Below are positions 1 to 9,728 of a stretch of DNA of 64,000 bases, piece after piece. Where the stretch lies: the NCBI GenBank assembly GCA_042408215.1, contig JAYFMW010000029.1, positions 64,001 through 128,000 on the forward strand, read 5' to 3'. The first letter of the stretch is position 1, and each line of letters begins with the position of its first letter. The notes beneath the pieces were generated by a model. The model saw only the letters and a program-made list of their open reading frames with translations, did no database searches and was not told the origin of the DNA. A program made the position numbers and the translations under genes. The DNA is from Microcoleus sp. Its GTDB lineage: Bacteria > Cyanobacteriota > Cyanobacteriia > Cyanobacteriales > Microcoleaceae.

Positions 1-326
1 ATCGCCTCTGTTACCCAGCAGCCCGCCAACAAAACAGGAGCGCTATCCATCTTGCTGGGCATAATTTTTCTGGTAACAGTAGCCAAAGCACCGATTCAAC
101 CTTGGGTAGGAAATTGGTTTCACTGGGTGATACTTCGACGGAGTTGATCGGCTCGCCCTTCGGCGAAGCTGAGCGGGTAAACGCAGTCCTTGGGCTCAGC
201 ACAAGTGCCCAATGCCCAATTCCCCATCCCTCCGCTTCGCTTCGCCCAATTCCCCATGCCAATTCCCCTATATCCACTACTTGACTTATGTATTCAATGC
301 TTTTCATTAGACTTTCTGATGTATTG

Positions 327-354
327 TTGCAAACAAAGAGTCTGGTGCTAAGAT
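327..354 (+). promoter_or_regulatory. sigma70-type promoter of the tRNA-Tyr/tRNA-Thr pair
   Basis: TTGCAA (327-332), 16 nt spacer, TGcTAAGAT extended -10, about 20 nt before tRNA-Tyr. Confidence 0.5.
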
Positions 355-373
355 GTATAAATGTGATGGAAAT

Positions 374-455
374 GGGTCGATGCCCGAGCGGTTAATGGGG
401 GCGGACTGTAAATCCGCTGGCTACGCCTACGCTAGTTCAAATCTAGCTCGGCCCA
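374..455 (+). tRNA. tRNA-Tyr(GTA)
   Basis: GGGTCGA...TCGGCCCA acceptor stem, anticodon arm GCGGA-CTGTAAA-TCCGC, long variable arm, T-loop GTTCAAATC. Confidence 0.97.
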
Positions 456-529
456 CCTCAATTTAATAAAAAGTTAAAATTTAAGAATTAAAAATTAAAA
501 GTTTTAATTTGAGATTCTTAATTTTTTAT

Positions 530-601
530 GCCCGTGTAACTCAGTGGTAGAGTACCTCCTTGGTAAGGAGGAAGTCACGAGTTCAAATCTCGTCACGGGC
601 T
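530..601 (+). tRNA. tRNA-Thr(GGT)
   Basis: GCCCGTG...CACGGGC acceptor stem, anticodon arm CTCCT-TGGTA-AGGAG, T-loop GTTCAAATC. Confidence 0.97.
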
Positions 602-626
602 TTTAAAAGACTATATTAAAGGATTA

Positions 627-651
627 GCGGTTGAAGTTGTTCTTCAACCGC
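627..651. terminator. hairpin between convergent tRNA-Thr and M23 gene
   Basis: Perfect 10-bp stem GCGGTTGAAG / CTTCAACCGC. Confidence 0.55.
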
Positions 652-656
652 CCATA

Positions 657-1568
657 CTAATTTTTCAGATTCGCTTGCAAATAAGTTTTTGGGTCTTCAG
701 CAACCCAACCTAAACCCGTATTGTACCGAACTTCAAAATGCAAATGAGGTTGCGGAATATCCGGTTTTCCTGTCGTCCCCACAGTGCCCAAAACTTCTCC
801 AGACTGCACAGTCTGCCCGACTTTTACCGCCATATTTCTCAAATGAGCGTAGCGCGTTTGCTTCCCCGCTTGGTGGTTCACTACTACTAAATTGCCGTAA
901 TCCCCCTGTGGCCCGGCAAAGGCGACTGTCCCCCCGCCAGCAGCCAAAACCTGCGTACCCTCCGCGGCCAAGAAATCTATGCCGCTGTGGAAAAAAACTG
1001 CGCGACTTACCGGATGCGTCTGCCAGCCATAACGCAAAGCTTCTACCGCCGGTGTCGCTAGCGGAAAGCCTTGTACCGATGTCGCATCGGGATTTACCGC
1101 AGGTTCGATCGACCAATTTACCGAAGGAATAAACGCTACTTGCCCGATCGGCTTGCACCCATTTGCCTCAAATAGCAAGTCTGCACGCACTTTGTAAGTT
1201 TCTGCCAGTTTTTGCCAATTCGAGCCGGCAGGCACTTCTACCAGTCTGCCATCGTAGGGAGGAATGACGATCGTACTGCCGACAGACACTCGACCTCTCC
1301 GCAACATCGGATTCATCGCCATCAGCGTCGCCGGAATCACATTGTACTGCCGCGCTATGCTTTCCACTGTTTCGCCCTGGACAGCGGTATGACGGCGCAA
1401 CCGCTCCAACGCTGGCAGAGGGCAATCGCGGGCGGGTGAGGGGTCTTCTAAAGGTGCGACCGTCGGAAGATTTGTCAGGGTGGCCACAGGATTTGCCACC
1501 GTTTTCCCAACAGGTGCGGCCAAGCAAATTAGTACAGAAACTAGAGGAAATAAGCGCTGAAAAGTCAT
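657..1568 (-). CDS. LysM-domain M23 family peptidoglycan endopeptidase
   Basis: Signal peptide from MTFQRL, LysM-like repeats (HTAVQGETVESIARQY), M23 motifs HSGID, YAHL and HLHFE; start placed at ATG 1568. Confidence 0.9.
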   Translation of the reverse strand: MTFQRLFPLVSVLICLAAPVGKTVANPVATLTNLPTVAPLEDPSPARDCPLPALERLRRHTAVQGETVESIARQYNVIPATLMAMNPMLRRGRVSVGSTIVIPPYDGRLVEVPAGSNWQKLAETYKVRADLLFEANGCKPIGQVAFIPSVNWSIEPAVNPDATSVQGFPLATPAVEALRYGWQTHPVSRAVFFHSGIDFLAAEGTQVLAAGGGTVAFAGPQGDYGNLVVVNHQAGKQTRYAHLRNMAVKVGQTVQSGEVLGTVGTTGKPDIPQPHLHFEVRYNTGLGWVAEDPKTYLQANLKN

Positions 1569-1634
1569 GATCTTAAGACAAAAGTATTCAGTTCGGGCAA
1601 TTAACAATTTTTGATGAGAGTAGAATTTAATATG

Positions 1635-3200
1635 TTAAAGCTCTGGACGAGTCCCAAACTTTAAATCCCAGGCTAAGCCAAGTTAGGATAAGAATTATTC
1701 AGTGTTGGTCGCCCTTGGCAAATCAGGCACAAACTACCTCCTATGTACAAAAGCGCTTACCTGTTAACAGCTATGTTCTTGAGGAAGCGGTACGCCCCGC
1801 CCCGCTTCCTTCCCGTCGCCAAGACACAAATGCTTGATTCGGAACCTGTCTGCGAGGATGAGGTATCCCACGGGAGTGATTAGGTTTGTTACCCCGCAAT
1901 AAATTGACGGGGCTTGAGCCGAGATCGAGCGCACCGAACAAAATACAATTGACCTTGTAGTTGACACGCTATCCCCGGACTTTCGGGCTGACTTACCGAC
2001 AACCCCAAAGCAGCAATATTCTTAGCCGCATTCACATCAGGATCATGTTCAAGCCCACAATGCCCACACTTAAATTGCTTCCCATTGCGATAACTCTTCC
2101 CCTGTTTGGGGTGAATGTGGCCGCAACGGGAACAGGTCTGACTGGTGTAGGCTGGTGGAACACACACAACGAGTACACCTGCAATCGCAGCCTTGTAGTG
2201 CACGAACATCCTCAGTTGGTAAAACGCCCAGTTATTGGTGCGTCTACCCTCAGTCTTGGTTCTCGGCCGGGCGTTGAGACTGTCACGAATTCCGCTCAAA
2301 TCTTCAAACGCAATGCTCTGTTTTGTTTCGTTCACCAGTTGTTTGCTGATGTTGTGATTCAGCCAATGCATGAAAGCGTTGTTCTCTGCCAGAGAGCCTT
2401 CTCAGAAGTCGCCGGGAATTCCGAGTGGGTTTACGTCGAACATTCCCTCTGACCTTGCTATAGCGGTCACGAGTGGCTTGAATCTTGTTGCCACTCCAAC
2501 TGTTTCCAGTGCTGGTAGTGGCGATGTCTCTAGGTCCCAAGTCCACACCGATTACTTTGGGTTTTTTGCCCGTTGGGTCGCTGGGAATGTCAACGCAGAT
2601 ATTGATGTAGCAGTCTCCTTTCTTGGTTTTCTTCAGGGTTGCAGCCGTGGGAGTTTGACCACGGAGCAAGGCAATCCGATCGCCGCCGATGGAGACTTTG
2701 AACTGTTTGCGTCCGAAGCCGGGGCGTCACCCCAAGGGTTTGCGTTTCCTCGAAGTAGCTGAAGGTGCGAAGGTCGAGGTCGATCGAGGTGGGGCGAAAC
2801 TTGTGGACTTGTTTAACCGCTTTTGCATTACCGATCGCGCGACGAATCCCTTGACAAACATGGTTCGCCTTCAATCCCGTTGCTGCTCTCACTGGCTTGT
2901 AGGTCAGGTGATGCAACTTGGTTGTGTTCCACTGTTTATTCGCTTTAGCCTCTTTTGCAACGTCAAGAATCTGATTGCAAGCGTCAGCAAACCGCTCAAG
3001 AGTCAAGTCAATATCTTGACACAACTCTTGAGGGACTATCAGCTTGCATTTAACAGATCTGGTCTGCATTTAAAGAACATAAAAACTCATCCAGTGCAAT
3101 TCTACAACAAAGGCTCTCCGGCTACCAGAGCTGTTCGACAGCCGCTCGTTGTGTTTTCCTCCGAGTGAGTCAAGCAACTCGATTTCCAACACTATCGGAC
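1635..3200. mobile_element. possible transposase-less IS110-family relic split by a tnpB element
   Basis: Structured non-coding segments 1635-1883 and 3110-3200 flank the tnpB pseudogene; minus-strand GAACAGCTCTGG resembles a bridge-RNA donor-loop segment and AGCTCTGG recurs at 1639-1646; family call is from recalled similarity only. Confidence 0.35.
1889..3069 (-). pseudogene. tnpB: IS200/IS605 tnpB, frameshifted into three pieces
   Basis: Overlapping ORFs 2590-3069, 2304-2669 and 1889-2371 carry consecutive TnpB parts (N-terminal REC region, GVDLG, FEDL, YTSQTCSRCG, DPDVNAA); end hairpin CCCCG...CGGGG at about 1892-1912. Confidence 0.9.
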
Positions 3201-3207
3201 TTTTATT

Positions 3208-4425
3208 ATGAGTTTATCTTTTAAGCAGTTGACACTTTATCTGACTTTGCTGTCGATTGGGGGAGGCCTAGGATGCTTGGGCAATCGCTATCTGCAAAGC
3301 CCAAACGGTCTGGAAACTAGGTCGGTTTTGCCCGTGGTGCGCCAGCAAATCCCGCCCGATGTGTCTCCTCAAGTGCCGTCCAATCGCGCAGTCGATCGCA
3401 GCAATCCCAATTTTATTGCCGAAGCAGCGGAAAAAGTCGGGCCCAGCGTGGTGCGGATTGACGCTACCACCAAGGTGGCTTCTCAAGTGCCGGAAGCTTT
3501 CAAAAATCCTTTGTTTCGCAGGTTTTTTGGGGACAATTTGCCGGTACCGGAAGACAAAATTAAGCGGGGTACGGGTTCGGGGTTTATTCTCACTCCTGAC
3601 GGCCGCATAGTTACTAATGCTCATGTCCTGTCCGGGACGGATACTGTGAAGGTGACTCTCAAAGACGGCCGGGAGTTTGAGGGTAAGGTGCAGGGGGTCG
3701 ATTTGCTGACGGATGTGGCTGTTGTGAAGATTAATGCCAAGGACTTGCCCCAGGTGGCTTTGGGCCGATCGGACAATATTGTACCGGGACAATGGGCGAT
3801 CGCGATCGGCAATCCCTTGGGTCTTGACAATACAGTGACTGTGGGCATTATCAGCGCTACAGGTCGATCGAGCTCTCAAGTAGGCATCCCCGACAAACGA
3901 GTCCGCTTCATCCAAACCGATGCCGCCATCAACCCCGGCAATTCTGGCGGGCCGCTGCTGAACGACCAAGGCGAAGTAATTGGCATCAATACCGCCATTC
4001 GCGCCGACGCTCAAGGCTTGGGGTTTGCAATTCCGATCGAAACCGCCAAACGAGTTTCCGACCAGCTATTCGCCAAAGGTAAAGCCGAACACCCCTATCT
4101 CGGCATTCAAATGGTGAGTTTGAATCCCACTACAAAGGCAGAAGTCAACAAACAGCTTAATAGCAAGATTGCCCTGGATCAAGGCGTAGCCGTGACGCGA
4201 GTCGTTGAAAATTCCCCAGCTCAAAAAGCGGACTTGCGTGCGGGAGATGTGATTCAAAAACTTGACGGTGTTGCCGTTAACTCTCCAGGAGACGTGCAGG
4301 AAATTGTGGAAAACACTGCTGTCGGCCAAGAACTCGAAGTGGAAATTAACCGTCTGGGTCAAGTTCAGAAAGTTAAAGTGCGTCCCGGCGCTTTTCCCCT
4401 ATCGGGGAGTGCAACTGGTGGATAG
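3208..4425 (+). CDS. HhoA/HhoB/HtrA family serine protease with PDZ domain
   Basis: TNAHV, DVAVV and GNSGGPL catalytic triad motifs, C-terminal PDZ. Confidence 0.95.
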   Translation: MSLSFKQLTLYLTLLSIGGGLGCLGNRYLQSPNGLETRSVLPVVRQQIPPDVSPQVPSNRAVDRSNPNFIAEAAEKVGPSVVRIDATTKVASQVPEAFKNPLFRRFFGDNLPVPEDKIKRGTGSGFILTPDGRIVTNAHVLSGTDTVKVTLKDGREFEGKVQGVDLLTDVAVVKINAKDLPQVALGRSDNIVPGQWAIAIGNPLGLDNTVTVGIISATGRSSSQVGIPDKRVRFIQTDAAINPGNSGGPLLNDQGEVIGINTAIRADAQGLGFAIPIETAKRVSDQLFAKGKAEHPYLGIQMVSLNPTTKAEVNKQLNSKIALDQGVAVTRVVENSPAQKADLRAGDVIQKLDGVAVNSPGDVQEIVENTAVGQELEVEINRLGQVQKVKVRPGAFPLSGSATGG

Positions 4426-4515
4426 TTGCAGGTGTGGAGGATGAAGGATGAATCTGATTTTTGATGGGTTTGGCAAAAATTTTCATCCTTCTACTTTCCC
4501 AACCAGTTCATCTTT

Positions 4516-4863
4516 TCACTTTTCTTTGGGAGAATTTGGTTGAATCGAGCTGGTGCTTGCCAAATTTTCTTCTAGCTGCATCCTCTGCTCCATTTGCCTG
4601 AGAAAATAACCAGTCATCATCGCTGAAGCTAGCAAACCTGCTAAGTTTTCGCGGTCCGTTGTAATTTGGACGTTAAAATTGTCTGAAGGCAAGACGCCTA
4701 CAAGTCCTTGAACGTTGTGAGAGATAATTTCTTTGATTTCTGGGCTGACGGACTTGGCGACGCGGGCTAGAACCTCTGGGGATTGGTGTTGGAGGTACTT
4801 CAGAAGTGGATTAGCTGCGGTTTGTTGGGCATTGGAATTATCAAAGTCAGGGTGAAAAACCAT
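4516..4863 (-). CDS. DUF760 domain protein
   Basis: NPLLKYLQHQSPE...TDRENLAGLLASAMMTGYFLRQMEQR signature. Confidence 0.9.
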   Translation of the reverse strand: MVFHPDFDNSNAQQTAANPLLKYLQHQSPEVLARVAKSVSPEIKEIISHNVQGLVGVLPSDNFNVQITTDRENLAGLLASAMMTGYFLRQMEQRMQLEENLASTSSIQPNSPKEK

Positions 4864-4905
4864 TGGGCGATTCTTAATTTCTGGCTTATTATATTCTACT
4901 TCACA

Positions 4906-5421
4906 CTATTCGTCATTGCTTGGGTACTGATTTGCCTGAAAGTCAATTTGTAGTTGTTTCGGCAGTTGGTCTACTTGAAAATACCGATGAAATTTGTCGG
5001 TAACTTGTAGCCAATAAGAGCGACTCTCCTTTGGCCGCCGTTTGCGTACAAAACCGAGTTCGACCAGCTCTTGCACTTGCTGGTAAGCGCCGGAACCTCG
5101 CAAGTTAACTAAATCTGGCTGGGCGATACCTCCTTTGAGGGCGATCGCAGCTAGCGTCCGCAGAGCTCCAATACCTAATTCTGGAGGTATCAAAGTTTGC
5201 ATTAAACTGGCAAACTCTTCCCTCAGTTGCAGGCTGTATCCTGTGGGAGTTTCGACTACTTCTAAGGCACTGTCTCCCTGAGCAGAGTCAGACATCAGTT
5301 CGATCAGCGCGTCTTCAGCTTCGGATCGATCGCATTTAGCAAGGTCAGCAATCTCTGCTATTGAGACTGGCTGACCTTTTAGGTAAAGTATGGCTTCTAT
5401 TGTGGTTGCTAAGCGAGTCAT
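4906..5421 (-). CDS. scpB: SMC-Scp complex subunit ScpB
   Basis: IEAILY...ALRTLAAIA...LRGSGAY...VTDKF motifs. Confidence 0.92.
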   Translation of the reverse strand: MTRLATTIEAILYLKGQPVSIAEIADLAKCDRSEAEDALIELMSDSAQGDSALEVVETPTGYSLQLREEFASLMQTLIPPELGIGALRTLAAIALKGGIAQPDLVNLRGSGAYQQVQELVELGFVRKRRPKESRSYWLQVTDKFHRYFQVDQLPKQLQIDFQANQYPSNDE

Positions 5422-5423
5422 TT

Positions 5424-5640
5424 GGGAATTGGGAATTGGGAATCGGGAATCGGGAATCGGGAATCGGGAATCGGGAATCGGGAATCGGGAATGGGGAATG
5501 GGGAATCGGGAATCGGGAATCGGGAATCGGGAATGGGGAATGGGGAATCGGGAATGGGGAATGGGGAATCGGGAATCGGGAATCGGGAATCGGGAATCGG
5601 GAATCGGGAATGGGGAATCGGGAATCGGGAATGGGGAATG
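5424..5640. repeat. STRR heptamer tract (GGGAATC/GGGAATG)n
   Basis: About 30 tandem 7-mers directly upstream of scpB. Confidence 0.95.
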
Positions 5641-5830
5641 GGTGTCAACTTAACGTCAAACGTAGTACCGGTCTGCTGTTTGACTATTAGGGTTCGATCC
5701 CCCCTAGCCCCCCTTAAGAAGGGGGGGACAGGAGTCTTCTCAAAGTCCCCCAACAATCAGGGGGATTTAGGGGGATCGAAACTTCGATATAAATGAGAGA
5801 GACAGAGGATTTCAGTCTTAAGTTGACACC
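5641..5830. mobile_element. MITE-like element with 13-bp terminal inverted repeats and an internal CCCCC...GGGGG palindromic repeat
   Basis: GGTGTCAACTTAA (5641-5653) / TTAAGTTGACACC (5818-5830); the internal repeat recurs at about 37292-37397. Confidence 0.7.
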
Positions 5831-5913
5831 AATGGGAATAAACATCTCTCTTACACAAATCTAAAATAATTGCTCACAGCCTGCGCCGGGGAGAGTGGAT
5901 AAAGTTGCAACAC

Positions 5914-6573
5914 TTATTGTGGTTTAGTTAAATCAGGTTTCAATTCCATCATCCGGCTATCAAGTTTGCGCGCTGCTTCGCTAATCGTTATAGTTGGCTT
6001 CATGCCATCGAGATATATAATCGCCATAAAAGCCCCTATTTTTCCCCGTCGAAATATAGCAAAATCTACATTCATGGGTATATTTTCTATTTTTCCTTGA
6101 GTTGTCCACCCAGCCGATACCTCGCCAATATTGTCTTGCAAAGTTAAAGCGGTGGGATTAGTGAACTGCGATTCCTTGTTACTGTTTAAACCTTCAGAGA
6201 ATGCTTTTGCCGCAGTCCCTTCACGGATGGCCTCATCAAAGTTAGCTTGTTGCATCGGATCTGACAGTTGCGTTGTAAATCCTATCAGCAATTGAAACTG
6301 CTTGTCATCAATTTTTTGGTAAGCGAAGACGCTTGCTGGCTTGCTGAGTTGATTTTTGAATTTTGCCGCCCCGGATGACATCTCTGTAAAACCCGGAGGT
6401 AAGTCTTGTAAAGTAAGAACTAGATTGGATAAGTCACCTCCGGGAGCTGGAATATCCGCCGAATGAGTATTGCTGCGATCGATTCCTGGATTGGCGATCG
6501 ACATTTTTGCCAATCCACCACCGAAGGTAGAACTAATTAGCAAACACGCTAAAATACACGCTTTTTTGTTCAT
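5914..6573 (-). CDS. secreted hypothetical protein
   Basis: 219-aa ORF with N-terminal signal peptide and LTLQDLPPGF motif. Confidence 0.75.
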   Translation of the reverse strand: MNKKACILACLLISSTFGGGLAKMSIANPGIDRSNTHSADIPAPGGDLSNLVLTLQDLPPGFTEMSSGAAKFKNQLSKPASVFAYQKIDDKQFQLLIGFTTQLSDPMQQANFDEAIREGTAAKAFSEGLNSNKESQFTNPTALTLQDNIGEVSAGWTTQGKIENIPMNVDFAIFRRGKIGAFMAIIYLDGMKPTITISEAARKLDSRMMELKPDLTKPQ

Positions 6574-6706
6574 TCTTTGATGCCGTTGCTATCCACTCAA
6601 CTTCAGTTTCAAAGTGTTAATATTCCCAAGTTACCTCAATATCAAATCCGGCGCAACAGCCACGAATCATGCTCAATAAATTCGGCGAAGTGTGGCTGGT
6701 AAATTT

Positions 6707-6964
6707 TCACGAATAACTGTCGGTTTCTAACTCCTCTAGTTCTTGCGTAGACTGCCATCCAGCTTGCCAGAGCGATCGATCTTTTAGCTGTTGGGCGTTC
6801 AACCAAAAACGGACATTTGGATCGCAAGCAGCCACCATTTCCGCAAATACCCATTTACCTTCGTTTTTTCTGTTGACTACTTGAAAGTGCCGCCACCCCC
6901 AAGTTTTTTGGTGAGCCGTCCATTTGGAACCGACTAAATAAGGAAATTTTTGTTTTTTTTGCAC
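6707..6964 (-). CDS. TIGR02450 family tryptophan-rich protein
   Basis: GSKWTA...GWRHFQV...WQAGW signature; GTG start. Confidence 0.9.
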   Translation of the reverse strand: MQKKQKFPYLVGSKWTAHQKTWGWRHFQVVNRKNEGKWVFAEMVAACDPNVRFWLNAQQLKDRSLWQAGWQSTQELEELETDSYS

Positions 6965-7098
6965 TGTATTTTTGTTGATAAATATGTTAAAAATTTAGTT
7001 AATTGTCATAACTCGTTCAGTTTTATTATATTAATAATCCCTCAAATTTATTCGGGATTTTCATCGAAAAAAAGCGAACACAATGTACGTTATCAAAT

Positions 7099-7383
7099 CT
7101 ACCCCTCTTCAAAAATAAGATAATGACAAAGCTGGTTAGCGCATACATTTGGTATAGTTTCAAAACTCAAATCCCAGTCATCGTTTATGTTCGACCTAGT
7201 AAATGCTATCGAGAGGACTTGCCCACTTTCTACAAGGGATTTAACACTTACCTCAACTTCACTATTCTTCACTCCAGCACATCCTGATTTTTTGTGCTTT
7301 TTTGGACGAATATTGCTTTGTTTGCAACTTGGCGCATCAAACTTTTGACTACAATAACATTCTATATTTTTAGGTTCGATCAT
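7099..7383 (-). CDS. hypothetical Cys-rich protein
   Basis: 94-aa ATG ORF, no family recognised. Confidence 0.4.
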   Translation of the reverse strand: MIEPKNIECYCSQKFDAPSCKQSNIRPKKHKKSGCAGVKNSEVEVSVKSLVESGQVLSIAFTRSNINDDWDLSFETIPNVCANQLCHYLIFEEG

Positions 7384-7479
7384 TTTAAATCCAACTTAAT
7401 GTGGCTTTCTTGTCGCCCGTTAACCGAAGCGGTATAACGGGGGAGAACGTCACTTAGTACCATTGATACATTATTATAC

Positions 7480-7595
7480 CTTCTTTTACACTTTGCCAAT
7501 CCACCAGAACCAGTTAAAACAGGCAATTCCGTTTCTTTTAGCCTTCTGAACAACGCCCATTGAGTTGAATTCAAATCGGCAACAGTTTTTGACAA
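7480..7595 (-). pseudogene. iscB: short iscB (RRXRR/HNH) fragment
   Basis: ADLNSTQWALFRRLKETELPVLTGSGGLAK matches the IscB segment AAVNSTRWAL...LPV.TGSGG.TK. Confidence 0.7.
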
Positions 7596-8251
7596 AAAAT
7601 TACCAGGAAATAGGTGCAGTCCTTACCAATGTTCTAATATAGCCCTTCTCTGTTCAATGAGGTACGCTTGGGGATAGGGCATAGGGCATAGGGCCTAGGG
7701 CCTAGGGCATCGATCGGCTTGTACCTCATGGGGTTGAAAACCGCTATATTATGCCAGAGCAATATCTCAATTTTGCCAAGGCTACAAGTGGAGCGAAAAA
7801 TCCGACCTGGAACAGTTGACAAAATCTTGATTTGTTGTTGCCCTTTCATAAATCAGAGTAGAACAGAACCCTGTTTGCAAGTACAGCCGTTAATTGTAAC
7901 TTGCATGAGTTGCACATGAGGGTTCAAAAGTAGGGGCAGTTAAGTTCACTGCCCCTGTAAATATTTATACCTATTGAATAGGGATTATTTTCGAGCCGAT
8001 CCACAAATAGAAAATTGATCCAACATGAGATCAATCGTGAATCTCAAATCTAAAAGCAATTAACACAGGTTATAGTTGTGGACGATCATCCGTTCTATGA
8101 AACTTACTCAAACCTACTGATCGTAAGTTGATGTTCTCGAACTGCTTCATCCTAGGGGGCGGCACCTTCTAGTTCACAGGCGTAATTTCAGGCGGAACTC
8201 TCCCTCATGTATGCCAGCAATCTGAAAGCATCTCCCTTGATTATTTAGCTG

Positions 8252-8476
8252 TTAAGGCTTTTGCCCAGATAAATCCAGAGGAAGTTGGGGAAGCCGGAGT
8301 CGCACAGCATTTGTTTGTAGCCAGAGGGTAATAGCGTGCTTCCGCTGCGGAGTCACGTACTCTCCTGGTCTGATCACGCCAGCACAGACGCCGATGTTTT
8401 TAATAAGGGTTTCTCGCTCCGATGAACTTGCACCCTGTAGCAACCTGACTTGGGCTTTGATAAAATCCACGTTCAT
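8252..8476 (-). CDS. small hypothetical protein
   Basis: 74-aa ATG ORF with protein-like composition in an otherwise non-coding 2-kb stretch. Confidence 0.5.
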   Translation of the reverse strand: MNVDFIKAQVRLLQGASSSERETLIKNIGVCAGVIRPGEYVTPQRKHAITLWLQTNAVRLRLPQLPLDLSGQKP

Positions 8477-9212
8477 AGCTGAAAGTAAAATTAAGTAAAG
8501 AACTCAGTTAAATAGCGATGCTTTGATTCCAATTGTAACTCTAAAACCACTTTGTATGAATCAAATTGAGTCAAGCTCCCCTGGATGGGGATCGTGGTGT
8601 CTAGAGCTAGGCAACTTTATTTACTTTATCTGTTTTTGCTAGCAAAAGTGTCACCATGCTAGCAGTCTTGAAAGAATTATATATAGTTAAGAACTGTAAC
8701 AAATTTGAGTCAAATACAACAAGACAGTAGAATTTAGTGGTAACGCTACCCCCCTTGAACTCAAAAAGTTCAACAGGAGATCCTGCTCCTTACCTTCCTA
8801 GGTTTTACCCCCTGATTGTCAATCGCGATCGCACCCCCAACAGTCCTCTTCGATCGTCTCCCCCCTTTGCACCCGCACACTGCCACCTCACCCTGTTTAT
8901 TTATACTTACCGATCTGAGTCTGGTTTGACTATAACCTAAGGCATAGGTGTTATGGTCGCGGTATCATAACCCACCAACTTTCTGTTCTTGTTGCCCAAT
9001 TGTATAGTGCTTTACAAATCTTGCTTGTGTCCTTTTTTGTCTTAAAGAATGCCCAGCGCGTGATGTTAACGGCAAGTTGTACAGCAGGATCAGCTTGCGA
9101 ATATCCACATTTTGCTGTATAGGCGGTGAAACTGTTTTCCAAATTCCTTGGGGCGATAGCGAAGGGACTAGAATTGCCAGGCCAGGGCTGATTTTGTATA
9201 ACTTATAACGAA

Positions 9213-9408
9213 TTGGGAATGGGGAATGGGGAATAGGGAATGGGGAATGGGGAATTGGTAATTGGGGAATGGGGAATTGGGAATGGGGAATTGGGAATTG
9301 GGAATGGGGAATTGGGAATAGGGAATAGGGAATGGGGAATGGGGAATTGGTAATTGGGGAATGGGGAATTGGGAATGGGGAATTGGGAATGGGGAATTGG
9401 GAATTGGG
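9213..9408. repeat. STRR heptamer tract (GGGAATT/GGGAATG/GGGAATA)n
   Basis: Tandem 7-mers. Confidence 0.95.
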
Positions 9409-9728
9409 AGCATTACACACCCAATTGAAAAGTGCTATATTAGCTGGAATTGCAATTGTAAATAAAAACGAACCCAGTTGCAGAAAATAAAAAAACCCGC
9501 TCTTTTAGAGTCGGGAATTGGGAATTATAGCCGAAGGCACTTATGCACTTATGCGCTCAGTAAAATGCAGTTCTTGAGCAATGGTGCCCGCCCGCCAGAA
9601 TGTGCTCATCGCCTTGCCAATTGCTTTACAAGCTTTGATCTTGGAACTTTGAGTTATGAGTCATGAGTGACAATTTAAACTTTATTACCTCACAATTCAT
9701 AACTCAAAACTCATAACCTTTACATCAA

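Noticed and set aside
1..147. Open frame from base 1 to TGA at 147 with a hydrophobic stretch
   Set aside because: Could be a gene's 3' end but too short to support; the track ORFs at 11-307 and 102-284 run through repeats
1635..1883. Group II intron fragment
   Set aside because: No GTGCG start or domain V helix found
5361..5796. ORFs with GNRESGI / PIPDSRF repeats
   Set aside because: Translation artefacts of STRR heptamers; same for 8965-9420 and the MPHAPCP extension at 14763
7600..9200. Long gene-poor stretch with a palindrome at 7895-7914 and a hairpin at about 7932-7956; possible sRNA near 8100-8230
   Set aside because: No recognisable RNA family or consistent promoter-terminator pair
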